Shown: positions 1-9,402, counted from the stretch's first letter. The stretch is DNA of 64,000 nucleotides from an uncultured euryarchaeote (GCA_937899865.1 CALBRH010000060.1:18933-82932), one strand, 5' to 3'. A program made the numbers and translations. The notes: generated by a model not told the origin, from the sequence alone.

Positions 1-5
1 TAGCA

Positions 6-2087
6 TTGGGCATTGATGAAAAGGATTTGACCGCTCAAGGCGGTGATGTTAGCCGGGCTCGCAAGCTACTTGACATGTGCGAGGTAAGAATTTGGACGCC
101 GCTGCGAAGCAAGGGTCTGCCGCTTTGTATCGACCCATTTAGAGCACCTCCGGCTGATTTAGACCCTGAAGAAGCGATTACTGCTTGGGATATGGTGGCA
201 GCTGGATTTACCAGTTTGGCTGGCTATGATGTTGAAAAAGCCCAAGGAAAAGTCATCAAACCATTCCTGTATGAAATCTTAGTTGAAGGAACTAAACTTG
301 GTGTTGATGTTGGTGATTTTAGATCATTGGCAAAAGTGGTTAGAGAGCCACATCACGAGTTCATTCGTCAATTATACCCTCAGTGCTTCGTCGAAGAAGA
401 TGAAGATGGCAAGATGGACGTTCCTACATGGGAAGAGGTGATGATCGAATACGGCCTTGCCGACTTTGAGGAAAGGTTGCCGAAATCTACCAGAAATGAC
501 CTAGCAAGACGGTTGTCAGCGTTTTCCTCAGGAGTAAATCAGCTACTATTTTCGAATGGCGTCCCTATCGATATTGACTCATTTGTTGAACCGGCAATAC
601 CAGGTAAAATACCATTGAATATTGTCTACCTAAATACCATCCAAGATGAGGCGCAGAAGCAATATTTCGTTCAGGAGTTATCTCGAGAATTATACGATTG
701 GATGTTGACTCAACAACCCGCAGACGGGGAATTAAAACTACTATTCTTCATGGATGAAGTTGCTCCTTATCTGCCCCCACATCCTAGAAATCCTCCAGCA
801 AAAGACCTCATCAAACTGATTTTCAAACAGGCAAGAAAATATGGTGTAGCCTGCGTTTTAGCAACACAAAACGTCAGCGATGTTGATTACAAAATTCTAG
901 CTCAAGCCAATACCACATTCATCGGCCGGTTCACCCAGCCACAAGATGTTGAGAAAGTACGGCATCTACTCAAAGAAAGCGGCGGCGACCAAGATTTAGT
1001 TGCTCAATTACCCACCCTTGGCCCTGGACAATTCCAGATGGTCGCTCCTGACGTAGACCCTGCACCAGTTCCTATTCAGTGTCGTTGGTTGTATACCGAC
1101 CACGGTGCTCCGCTCAATGAAGATCAAGTTGAGGAATTGATTGGTGAAGAGATTCGTGCTTGGGCAAAAACAAGGTCTGCTGGTAAATCGAAAAACCGTG
1201 GCGCTGGTGCGGCAAAGGCTGCCAGCCGTGGCTCTTCATGGAACAAATCTGATGTCAGAGATGAAGTTGGTCTTGTTGAGGCCGCTCGAATAAAATCAAT
1301 CGGTGGCATGACTGCTGCTGCACACGGAGTAGTGGATGATTCAGCATTTGAAGTTCGATTAATGGGCGGACTGGCCGTGCTGAAAGATGGCCGTGACCCG
1401 CTTTACACAATGCAAGCAACTGCAAATACTGCCTCAGTAATTGCCCTCGGTTGGACTTTGATTGCTCTAATGTTAGCCTGGCGGGATAGGGATTTAGATT
1501 GGTGGTGGATCTTAGCTGGTGCTGCGATTTCAACAATAACTGGTCTGGTAATTGCGCTTGAAGGATTGTTGTCACACGATACAGAATTATTGAGAAAATT
1601 AACTAAATTCGCCAGAACATTTCAATTATTCTTAGTCGCTTGGTTATGGATACTCGTTTTGTGGTCTGAATTTGGCGATTTGAATTTGAGAGGGGCGCAG
1701 CCGGTCTTGGAAATCGTCGTAGTATGGGTTTCAGTGTTCGCAATTATTGAATTTGTTAATCGCTTTAGACTAGGCAAGATACGTTGGAATGGCGGAACTG
1801 CATTAGACAAAATCGTTGGGTTTTCAGCTGTATTAACCGGTGCGCAGATTACTGAGATGAAATCTAATTCTTCACAAATTATGTCTGGTCTAAGACTTGG
1901 GTTGCATTGCTTTACCTTTGTTTGGTTATGTTCACTGTTGATGCTAACTGAGGGTGTATTGCCTGATTCAGCGACGATTACATCTAATTGGGGAAGGCCA
2001 ACACTGTGGTTGGCATCGTTATACGGTCTAATTGTCGTCTCAGAGTTGTGGCTTAGAATGCGTGGCCGTATGCCTGCTGAATATTGA
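6..2087 (+). CDS. HerA/FtsK-superfamily P-loop ATPase (DUF87/DUF853-like) with C-terminal membrane segments; 5' truncated by window edge
   Basis: Walker B LLFFMDEVAPYLPP; KQARKYGVACVLATQN and ILAQANTTFIGR motifs typical of HerA/TrwB/VirB4-like ATPases; frame open to the window start so Walker A lies upstream; several hydrophobic helices in the last ~220 aa. Confidence 0.75.
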   Translation: MGIDEKDLTAQGGDVSRARKLLDMCEVRIWTPLRSKGLPLCIDPFRAPPADLDPEEAITAWDMVAAGFTSLAGYDVEKAQGKVIKPFLYEILVEGTKLGVDVGDFRSLAKVVREPHHEFIRQLYPQCFVEEDEDGKMDVPTWEEVMIEYGLADFEERLPKSTRNDLARRLSAFSSGVNQLLFSNGVPIDIDSFVEPAIPGKIPLNIVYLNTIQDEAQKQYFVQELSRELYDWMLTQQPADGELKLLFFMDEVAPYLPPHPRNPPAKDLIKLIFKQARKYGVACVLATQNVSDVDYKILAQANTTFIGRFTQPQDVEKVRHLLKESGGDQDLVAQLPTLGPGQFQMVAPDVDPAPVPIQCRWLYTDHGAPLNEDQVEELIGEEIRAWAKTRSAGKSKNRGAGAAKAASRGSSWNKSDVRDEVGLVEAARIKSIGGMTAAAHGVVDDSAFEVRLMGGLAVLKDGRDPLYTMQATANTASVIALGWTLIALMLAWRDRDLDWWWILAGAAISTITGLVIALEGLLSHDTELLRKLTKFARTFQLFLVAWLWILVLWSEFGDLNLRGAQPVLEIVVVWVSVFAIIEFVNRFRLGKIRWNGGTALDKIVGFSAVLTGAQITEMKSNSSQIMSGLRLGLHCFTFVWLCSLLMLTEGVLPDSATITSNWGRPTLWLASLYGLIVVSELWLRMRGRMPAEY

Positions 2088-2149
2088 TTGGTAAAAATTA
2101 ACTGATTGTTGGCTATTTGCTTATAAACTGTATAACTATAGTTGGCTTC

Positions 2150-2650
2150 ATGCAACCACAAGATGCACAAATGATGGGGCAAGTAGCCCCTGCAGGAGCC
2201 ATGGGCCAACAAGTGATTATAGTACAGAATAAAAGCGGTGGACCGAAAGTCTTCGGTATCGTCGCAATTATTCTTGGTGGATTAGGTGTTTTAGGCAGTA
2301 TGCTGAACCTAACTACTGATCTAGAAGGTTTGGATGGTGGCGTCAAAGCAATGTACTATGTTACAACTCTAATGGGATTGGCTTCAGCCGGTCTGTTTGC
2401 CTACGCTGGTGTCTTGCTGATGCAATACAAGAAAGCCGGTGTCTGGTGGGGATTCGGTGCAGTCGGAATTACTGTTCTTAGCGGCCTGATTCAAACCTTT
2501 TTCGTCGCATCAGCATTTGAAGATGCATTAGGAGAAGATGCTGGTGGATTTATGGCAACTCTAGGACTAGTTATGGTCGGTATTCAAGCGGTATGTTGCA
2601 GCATGATTGTTGCTCTACCTCTGCTAATGAATGGCGCAGACCTTGAGTGA
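2150..2650 (+). CDS. Hypothetical membrane protein (about 4 TM helices)
   Basis: ORF 2117-2650; ATG at 2150 preferred (MQPQDAQMMGQ...); Gln/Met-rich N-terminus then hydrophobic helices. Confidence 0.7.
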   Translation: MQPQDAQMMGQVAPAGAMGQQVIIVQNKSGGPKVFGIVAIILGGLGVLGSMLNLTTDLEGLDGGVKAMYYVTTLMGLASAGLFAYAGVLLMQYKKAGVWWGFGAVGITVLSGLIQTFFVASAFEDALGEDAGGFMATLGLVMVGIQAVCCSMIVALPLLMNGADLE

Positions 2651-2725
2651 AACTCAGTCTGGAAATAGTCTAAATCCACATCCTCGGATGTGTTGATATA
2701 CACGAGTGATTCCGTTTAGATTACT

Positions 2726-2812
2726 GCAGAAGTCGCCCAGCTTGGTCAAAGGCGCTGGGATGAGGTCCCAGTCCGTAACGGTTCGCAGGTTCGAATCCTG
2801 CCTTCTGCACCA
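2726..2812 (+). tRNA. tRNA-Leu (anticodon GAG), long variable arm, CCA encoded, no intron
   Basis: Acceptor stem GCAGAAG/CTTCTGC + A + CCA; anticodon arm CTGGG-ATGAGGT-CCCAG; variable hairpin CCG-TAA-CGG; T arm GCAGG-TTCGAAT-CCTGC. Confidence 0.97.
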
Positions 2813-2854
2813 ACATGATAGTGATTTATTTACCCTCAAGTCTCTAATACACAC

Positions 2855-5140
2855 ATGAAAGATAGTCCATTTGAGCCGGTTGGTGAAAAAAAATACGCTG
2901 TTTTAGAAGTAGAAAAACAAAAAAAGAGCCATATAGCGATTGGAATGGTAATGTTGTTGATTTTTGTTTCAATGATGGCTTATATGATTTCGACAGTAGA
3001 AGAAAACAATATGGCAACCAATGAAGAAATGGTAACAGAATTAGGCAACTGGGACACATATTATGTTGAGAGTGCTGATGGTTTGCCGGTTTGTAATGAA
3101 GATACAAATGGAAGATTATACTATGTTGAATCCTCTGAATCTTTTGAAACCTGTACTTCTACTGGATGGAATACTGTAGAAATTAAGGGTAAAGATGGTG
3201 TTGATGGTGTGAATGGACTAGATGGTCAAGCAGGTATGGACGGTCAAGATGTCGATGAAACATACTTACAGAATTTAGAAAATGAGCTGTTAAATCTACA
3301 ATTGGCAATCGCTGATCTTGAAAATCAAAATTCTGAATTAAATGATACTTTAGTTAATGCCACAAGTTGTCAATTAGTACCGTATGCTTACTGTGTAAAT
3401 ACAAATCTCAGTGGAATGGATCTCTCAGGAATGGACTTGACTGGTATTGACTTACGTGGTGCTAATTTACAAAATACAACCTTCGATTACGCAACTTTAG
3501 ATCGTGCTGATTTGCGCTCAATAGTTGCATTTAATGCTACATTTATTCACACAGGGATGAATAATACCTACTTACAAAATGCTGAATTCAATAGATATTC
3601 TTTTTTTGAATGTGGTGGCTATTGTGGCGGCGAGACTAACCTGAGTAATGCAAAGTTCTTGGATGCCGTCTTGACCAATGCGGATCTAGATTATGCTAAT
3701 TTAACCAATGCGGACCTTAGATATACCGACTTGACCAATGTGAACTTCGATAATGCTAATTTAACCAATGCGGACCTTAGATATGCCGACTCGACCAATG
3801 CGGACTTCTATAGTGCTGACTTGACCGATGCGATGATCTACTACGCCGATATGACGGGTGTAAAGTTCTTGGATGCTGAATTAACCGGTGCGTCCCTCTG
3901 GCGTGCCGACTTGGCTGGTACGGACTTCCGTTATGCTGACTTGATTAGTACCGATTTCGAAGAAGCAGACTTGAGCAATGCGCGCCTCAACAGCGCTAAC
4001 TTAACTGGTGCGGACTTAACGAGAACAGATTTAACCGATGCATCGCTTATGAATACCGACTTGACTAGTGCACGTCTCTGGGGTGCCGACTTAACCGATG
4101 CATTCCTCTACGAAGCCAACTTAACTGATGTGAACTTAAGGAATGCCGACTTAACCGATGCATTCCTTAAGGATGCTGACTTGACAAATGCAGACTTTGG
4201 TTCTGCTATTGTAAAATATGTTGTTTTTGATGGCACTATCTGGGCAAACACAATATGGATTGATGGAGAAATTTATGATTCACAACCACTTATGATTATG
4301 ACTGATTGTGAACTTGTACCTTATGCTTACTGTGTAAATGCCGACCTCAGTGGATTAGATCTCTCAGGAATGGACTTGACTGGTATTGACTTGCGTGGAG
4401 CTAATCTACAAAATACAACCTTCGATTATGCCACTTTAGACCATGCCGATTTGCGCTCAATAGTTGCAATGAATGCCACCTTTATATACACAGGGATGAA
4501 CTATACCTACCTACAAAATAGTGAATTCAATAGATATTCTGTTGAATTTTGTGGAGGTTGGTGTGGTGCGGCTAACTTGAGTTATGCGGGCCTCAGATAT
4601 TCTGACATGAGTGATACGGAACTAAGAGATGCTGACTTGTATAATGCGGAACTAGCTTTTGTCGACTTGCGCGGTGCGAGACTCCAAAATGCAAACTTGA
4701 GCAGTTCGGTTTTGTTCCATGCCGACTTGAGCTATGCGGCTCTCTATGATGCCAACTTGGCTGATGCATCCCTTACGTATGCTGACTTAACCAATGTAGA
4801 CTTATGGTATGCAGACTTGTCCAATGCGAACCTCTACAATGCTGACTTGACCGGAGCGGACTTCACCTGGGCCGACTTGACCAGTGTGGACCTCAGAAAT
4901 GCCGACTTGACCGATGCGACCTTCTGGATTACCGACTTGACCAATGCGCTTCTCAACGGTGCAGACTTGACCAATGCGTACTTCAAATTTGCCGACTTGA
5001 CCAATGCGGTAATCGCTGCGGCTGACTTGACCAATGCGAACTTCGCTAATGCGGATGTAACAAATGCTGATTTTATAAACACTAAATGGTTTAACACAAT
5101 ATGGACAGATGGCGTTGCTTACAATACTAATCAAGCCTAA
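2855..5140 (+). CDS. Membrane-anchored pentapeptide-repeat protein with short collagen-like (G-X-Y) stretch and coiled coil
   Basis: N-terminal TM (IAIGMVMLLIFVSMMAYMI), GKDGVDGVNGLDGQAGMDG, coiled segment, then two A(D/N)LxxA pentapeptide arrays each ending W-x-NTIW-x-DG-x-x-Y. Confidence 0.9.
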   Translation: MKDSPFEPVGEKKYAVLEVEKQKKSHIAIGMVMLLIFVSMMAYMISTVEENNMATNEEMVTELGNWDTYYVESADGLPVCNEDTNGRLYYVESSESFETCTSTGWNTVEIKGKDGVDGVNGLDGQAGMDGQDVDETYLQNLENELLNLQLAIADLENQNSELNDTLVNATSCQLVPYAYCVNTNLSGMDLSGMDLTGIDLRGANLQNTTFDYATLDRADLRSIVAFNATFIHTGMNNTYLQNAEFNRYSFFECGGYCGGETNLSNAKFLDAVLTNADLDYANLTNADLRYTDLTNVNFDNANLTNADLRYADSTNADFYSADLTDAMIYYADMTGVKFLDAELTGASLWRADLAGTDFRYADLISTDFEEADLSNARLNSANLTGADLTRTDLTDASLMNTDLTSARLWGADLTDAFLYEANLTDVNLRNADLTDAFLKDADLTNADFGSAIVKYVVFDGTIWANTIWIDGEIYDSQPLMIMTDCELVPYAYCVNADLSGLDLSGMDLTGIDLRGANLQNTTFDYATLDHADLRSIVAMNATFIYTGMNYTYLQNSEFNRYSVEFCGGWCGAANLSYAGLRYSDMSDTELRDADLYNAELAFVDLRGARLQNANLSSSVLFHADLSYAALYDANLADASLTYADLTNVDLWYADLSNANLYNADLTGADFTWADLTSVDLRNADLTDATFWITDLTNALLNGADLTNAYFKFADLTNAVIAAADLTNANFANADVTNADFINTKWFNTIWTDGVAYNTNQA
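3362..4579 (+). repeat. Intragenic duplication of a Cys-containing module (copy 1 from 3362, copy 2 from 4301, offset 939 nt)
   Basis: TSCQLVPYAYCVNTNLSGMDLSGMDLTGIDLRGANLQNTTFDYATLD vs TDCELVPYAYCVNADLSGLDLSGMDLTGIDLRGANLQNTTFDYATLD; DNA also near-identical (tctctcaggaatggacttgactggtattgac in both). Confidence 0.9.
4871..5050 (+). repeat. Six tandem 30-nt units with a conserved ~18-nt half (gccgacttgaccaatgcg) and a variable ~12-nt half
   Basis: Units begin at 4871, 4901, 4931, 4961, 4991 and 5021. Confidence 0.9.
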
Positions 5141-5221
5141 ATCAATTGTTCTCGCCCCGTGTTGCGACCATCAACCTCGTTGTTGCGAATCCTAAAGCAG
5201 TATGAATAGTGACATTACATC

Positions 5222-5467
5222 ATGCGCCGAAGGTGGAGTGAGGAGCGGCGAAGCAACCAACAGCAAGCTGAATGGATTGTTGCCTGGTTACGAGAAAACG
5301 GTCCTGCAACCATACGCCAAATTGTTAGCGCTTTGAATGATGCTGGGCGTGAGGTTAAAGCCCATATCATTCAGCGTGCGCTCATTAAATCTCCATTCGT
5401 GGCCAAGACTGGTGAGACCAGCATCGACGGGGAAATTCATTCCCTCTGGGTATTTTCTACCGACTAA
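5222..5467 (+). CDS. Small hypothetical protein, probable winged-helix DNA-binding fold
   Basis: 81 aa; IVAWLRENGPATIRQIVSAL...IIQRAL helix pattern followed by a beta-hairpin-like C-terminus. Confidence 0.55.
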   Translation: MRRRWSEERRSNQQQAEWIVAWLRENGPATIRQIVSALNDAGREVKAHIIQRALIKSPFVAKTGETSIDGEIHSLWVFSTD

Positions 5468-5469
5468 GT

Positions 5470-6909
5470 TCACAGAACCTTGTCGAAGATCCAACCGAAG
5501 GTTGAGAAATCTCCTGGACCAAGGTAGAACATGGTCATGAAGATTGCAATACCGTACATGATTGGTCCTGGCTCGTCGAACTTGCCCATACCCATCTTGA
5601 TTAGTACGTAGGAGATTACACCCCATGCGATACCATCAGCAATAGAATATGTGAATGGCATTAGTACCATAGTCAAGAATGCTGGTAGAACTATTTCCTT
5701 GTCATCCCAGTTAATCTCTGTTGCTTGCTTCATCATCATAGCACCAATGACTACTAGAGCACAAGCAGCAGCGAAAGTTGGAATTGCTTGGAATAATCCA
5801 GACAAGAATAGTCCAGATAGCATCAATACACCTACTACTACTGCTGTAAGCCCGGTTCTGCCGCCTTCTTCAACACCTGCTGCGGATTCAATGTAAGTGG
5901 TTGTTGTGCTGGTACCAACTGCTGCACCAACGATTGTTGCTGCTGCATCTGACATGAATGCTTCTTCAGAGTCAATTAGATTGCCTTCTTCGTCGAGATC
6001 GCCTGCTTGGCGGCCTACTGAGTAAAGTGTTCCTGCTGTGTCAAAGATATCGACGAACAGGAAAGCAATCATTACGAGCATGAATCCTGCTAAATCATCT
6101 CCAATGTCACTAAACGCACCAAATGCTGCTCCAAGGCTTTCCTCAGGCATTCCGACAAAGCCGAAAATGTCCTTAGCTACTGGCCAATCTGCAGTGGATG
6201 AACCCCAACCTGCGCCACCTGCTGCGAAATCGTTGTAAGGGTCGTAGGCACCTACTGCCCAACCATAGACAGAAGCTGCTAAAATACCGTAAATAATTGC
6301 GCCTTTGATGCCTCTTGCCATCATAACAGTGATGGCGATTAATGCAACCATGCTGATTAAGGCGCCGTGGTCGTATCCAAAGCCTTCAGTTGTTGCAAGA
6401 TTGACTAGTGTTGCACCATCATCTTGAATCCAACCCATCTCTCTTAGACCAATTATGGCCAAGAACATACCAATACCTGCTCCAGTAGCAATCTTTAGGT
6501 CTCTTGGAATGGCATTGATCATCTTGGTTCTCCAACCGATTTGTGGCAGAGATATAATTAGGAAAATGATACCTTCAATGAATACTGCTGCTAAAGCGAC
6601 TTCCCATGGAATACCCATGGCAATTACTACTGAGAATACGAAATACGCATTCAGCCCCATACCGGGTGCTAATGCATATGGTTTGTTAGCCCATAATCCC
6701 ATAACTACACAACCAACAAAGGCTGCGATAGCAGTTGCAAATAATGCATCATCAAACGGTATTCCTGCCACAGCCAACATTGATGGGTTAACCACCAATA
6801 TGTAAGCCATGGTCAGAAACGTCGTCATACCTGCTCTTAGTTCTCCATTCAGCGTTGCTCCTTTTTCTTCGAACTTGAAATAGTTCGCTATATTCTTTTC
6901 AAAACTCAT
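5470..6909 (-). CDS. NCS2/AzgA-family purine (guanine/hypoxanthine/adenine) permease
   Basis: ELRAGMTTFLTMAYILVVNP, ALAPGMGLNAYF, FVDIFDTAGT, TTTTYIESAAGVEEGGRTGL, PFTYSIADGI signatures. Confidence 0.93.
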   Translation of the reverse strand: MSFEKNIANYFKFEEKGATLNGELRAGMTTFLTMAYILVVNPSMLAVAGIPFDDALFATAIAAFVGCVVMGLWANKPYALAPGMGLNAYFVFSVVIAMGIPWEVALAAVFIEGIIFLIISLPQIGWRTKMINAIPRDLKIATGAGIGMFLAIIGLREMGWIQDDGATLVNLATTEGFGYDHGALISMVALIAITVMMARGIKGAIIYGILAASVYGWAVGAYDPYNDFAAGGAGWGSSTADWPVAKDIFGFVGMPEESLGAAFGAFSDIGDDLAGFMLVMIAFLFVDIFDTAGTLYSVGRQAGDLDEEGNLIDSEEAFMSDAAATIVGAAVGTSTTTTYIESAAGVEEGGRTGLTAVVVGVLMLSGLFLSGLFQAIPTFAAACALVVIGAMMMKQATEINWDDKEIVLPAFLTMVLMPFTYSIADGIAWGVISYVLIKMGMGKFDEPGPIMYGIAIFMTMFYLGPGDFSTFGWIFDKVL

Positions 6910-6926
6910 GTTTTTTAACCCCCCCG

Positions 6927-6951
6927 TTATAAACGGTTAACTGTTTTATAA
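6927..6951. promoter_or_regulatory. Imperfect palindrome overlapping the putative TATA box of the NCS2 permease
   Basis: TTATAAACGGTTAACTGTTTTATAA centred on GTTAAC; minus strand reads TTTATAAA about 35-40 nt upstream of the ATG at 6909. Confidence 0.4.
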
Positions 6952-7026
6952 ATTGGAGGCTCTATATAGGTTTAGAGAAAAATCGACTGTTTTAAAGAAA
7001 AATAGCAAATTTTCCGCGAAGCGAAT

Positions 7027-7536
7027 TTAGTAATGCACAAGTGATTTACAAGGTACTGATAGATTGTTTCTACCGCTTAAAAAATCCAATTCAATTACGA
7101 CTGTGCAGCCGACGACCTCGCCTCCAACTTTTTGGCAGAGTTTAATCGATGCTTCCAATGTCCCTCCTGTCGCAAGAAGATCGTCAACAATTACTACTCT
7201 TTGGCCTGCTTGGATTGCATCAGCTTGAATCTGAATTGTATCAGTTCCGTATTCAAGGTCATACTCGTAACTAACAACCTCGCCTGGAAGTTTGCCTGCC
7301 TTTCTTATCATCATCATTGGAAGTCCCATACCTAGGGCTAAAGGTGTGGCAAAAAGAAAGCCTCGACTTTCAATTCCAGCAATGACATCTGGCTTCCAAT
7401 CTTTGATTTGGCTATGTAATGATTCGATTACAAATTCCATCGCTTCACTGCTTTTCATAATCGTTGAAATGTCATAGAATAAAATACCAGGTATTGGAAA
7501 ATCCGGAATTCCGCGAATGTGTTCTTTGAGGTCCAT
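7027..7536 (-). CDS. apt: Adenine phosphoribosyltransferase
   Basis: IPDFPIPGILFYDI, GIESRGF, RKAGKLPG, YDLEYG, PRPP-binding VVIVDDLLATGGT; ATG at 7536. Confidence 0.95.
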   Translation of the reverse strand: MDLKEHIRGIPDFPIPGILFYDISTIMKSSEAMEFVIESLHSQIKDWKPDVIAGIESRGFLFATPLALGMGLPMMMIRKAGKLPGEVVSYEYDLEYGTDTIQIQADAIQAGQRVVIVDDLLATGGTLEASIKLCQKVGGEVVGCTVVIELDFLSGRNNLSVPCKSLVHY

Positions 7537-7577
7537 CAACCAATTGTTTGATTGTCGGTTGATGAATCTGTCTCTTG

Positions 7578-8333
7578 TTATTCATTCGAAACTGTTGTGC
7601 TGGTAATTATTATTGGAACTACTGGGCGATCTGGGTTTACTGTTTCGACTTCAGATAGAGTTGTAATATGCTCGCAACCAGAAATTACCTTGCCGAAAAC
7701 CGTGTGTACTTCATTGAGCCATTCATGTTCAGTAATATCGTCTGGCATAATGAAAAACTGTGAGCCACCAGTATTTGGCTCGGCGGTTTTGGCCATTGAT
7801 ACCATACAAGGCAGGTGTCTAAGACCATTCTCTGCTTCATCGGGAAGTGTGTAAAGAGTCTCGCTACTACAATCATCAGCCCAATTCATTGATTCGCCAT
7901 CGCAATAACCATACCATTGAGCAGCATGTCCTCCCAAGCCGTTATTCTTTTCAAAATCCCCACCTTGAATCATAAAATCGTCAATGATTCGGTGAAAAGT
8001 TACATTATCATACATGCCTGTTTGAGCAAGTCGGCGGAAATTATCTGCGTGATATGGTGCATCTTCGTGATATAATTCAATGGTAATTGTGTATGTAAGG
8101 TTGGCTTCAGTTGTGCTATTTGCATGGATTATTTGCATGGTTACAGTACTATAGTTTCCCTCGAACAAAGGAATAGGTGTTTTACCAATTATGCATTTTT
8201 CGGCGTCCGAATCCCATTTAGTGCCTTCTCCACAGAAACTGCTTCCATCAGCATCGCCAATACAACCTGGGGTTGCAATAACAATCAAAATCAAAGTAAT
8301 GATAGAAAATGCCTTCTTATTCTGTCCGTCCAT
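7578..8333 (-). CDS. Cyclophilin-type peptidyl-prolyl isomerase, exported, probable lipoprotein
   Basis: FHRIIDDFMIQGGD, VSMAKT..PNTGGSQFFI, HTVFGKV; N-terminal hydrophobic stretch ending TPGC. Confidence 0.9.
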   Translation of the reverse strand: MDGQNKKAFSIITLILIVIATPGCIGDADGSSFCGEGTKWDSDAEKCIIGKTPIPLFEGNYSTVTMQIIHANSTTEANLTYTITIELYHEDAPYHADNFRRLAQTGMYDNVTFHRIIDDFMIQGGDFEKNNGLGGHAAQWYGYCDGESMNWADDCSSETLYTLPDEAENGLRHLPCMVSMAKTAEPNTGGSQFFIMPDDITEHEWLNEVHTVFGKVISGCEHITTLSEVETVNPDRPVVPIIITSTTVSNE

Positions 8334-8388
8334 GACACGCCTAATTGCTTGGCGTTTTTAACCATAATACTGGTTTAGTAAATCAAAA

Positions 8389-9402
8389 TCATGCTGATTT
8401 TGTTGTGGTAATGATTACTGCTGCAATCTTATATGGGTCTCCATTTGAAGCTGGTCGGCGATCTTCAAGTCTACCTTTCCAGCCGTCTTCAATGGTTCCA
8501 ATTGGAATTCTAATTGATGCCCCTCTATCTGATACACCATAAGAAAATTCATCGATTGATTGAGTTTCATGCTTTCCGGTTAATCTCATGTGATTATCTG
8601 CACCATAAACATCGATATGTTTCTTGATATTCTTGCCAAATGCTTCACAAATTTTAGTGAAAACTGCTTCGTCGCCAGATTCCCTCATTGCTGAGTTGGA
8701 AAAGTTTGCATGCATTCCGCTACCATTCCAATCTGTATCGCCTAGAGGTTTTGGATGCCAATCAATGGTCAAGCCATATTTCTCAGCATTTCTTTCTGCT
8801 AAATATCTTGACACCCATATTTGGTCTCCTGCATCCTTTGCGCCCTTGGCAAATATTTGGTATTCCCACTGACCAGCTGCTACTTCTGCATTGATTCCTT
8901 CTACATTCAAACCGGCTTCAAGGCACTGGTTTAGATGGTCTTCGATTATCTCTCTACCAAAAGCATTCATGCCCCCAACAGAGCAGTAAAATTGTCCTTG
9001 AGGTGTTTGATCTCTTGGGAAGCCAAGCGGTAGGTTTGTATCTGGATCCCATAGGAAATATTCTTGCTCAAAACCAAACCAAAAATCATCATCATCTTCA
9101 TCGATAGTTGCTCTTCCATTTGATTCGTGAGGCGTTCCATCTGCATTCAATACTTCACACATTACCAAATATCCATTGATTCGGTCTGGGTCTGGGTAAA
9201 TTGCTACTGGCTTCAATAGGCAATCTGAATCGCCTCCATCTGCTTGTAGTGTGGAGGAACCGTCAAATGACCACATAGGGCACTCTGCAACTGTGCCGCC
9301 AAAATCGCTACGAATCATGGTTTTGCTACGCATGCTTTGGGTTGGTTTGTATCCGTCTAGCCATATATACTCTAACTTCGCTTTATCTGTCATAGTTATC
9401 AT
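8389..9402 (-). CDS. glnII: Glutamine synthetase type II
   Basis: 337 aa; KLEYIWLDG, WSFDGSST, WFGFEQEY, GINAEVAAGQWEYQ, DWNGSGMHANFS, RLTGKHET, DRGASIRIP, LEDRRPASNGDPY. Confidence 0.92.
   Translation of the reverse strand: MITMTDKAKLEYIWLDGYKPTQSMRSKTMIRSDFGGTVAECPMWSFDGSSTLQADGGDSDCLLKPVAIYPDPDRINGYLVMCEVLNADGTPHESNGRATIDEDDDDFWFGFEQEYFLWDPDTNLPLGFPRDQTPQGQFYCSVGGMNAFGREIIEDHLNQCLEAGLNVEGINAEVAAGQWEYQIFAKGAKDAGDQIWVSRYLAERNAEKYGLTIDWHPKPLGDTDWNGSGMHANFSNSAMRESGDEAVFTKICEAFGKNIKKHIDVYGADNHMRLTGKHETQSIDEFSYGVSDRGASIRIPIGTIEDGWKGRLEDRRPASNGDPYKIAAVIITTTKSA

Noticed and set aside
5141-5221. Possible attR copy of the tRNA 3' end (cgaatcct near 5186-5193)
   Set aside because: Only 8 nt match and no integrase; insufficient for an integrated element.
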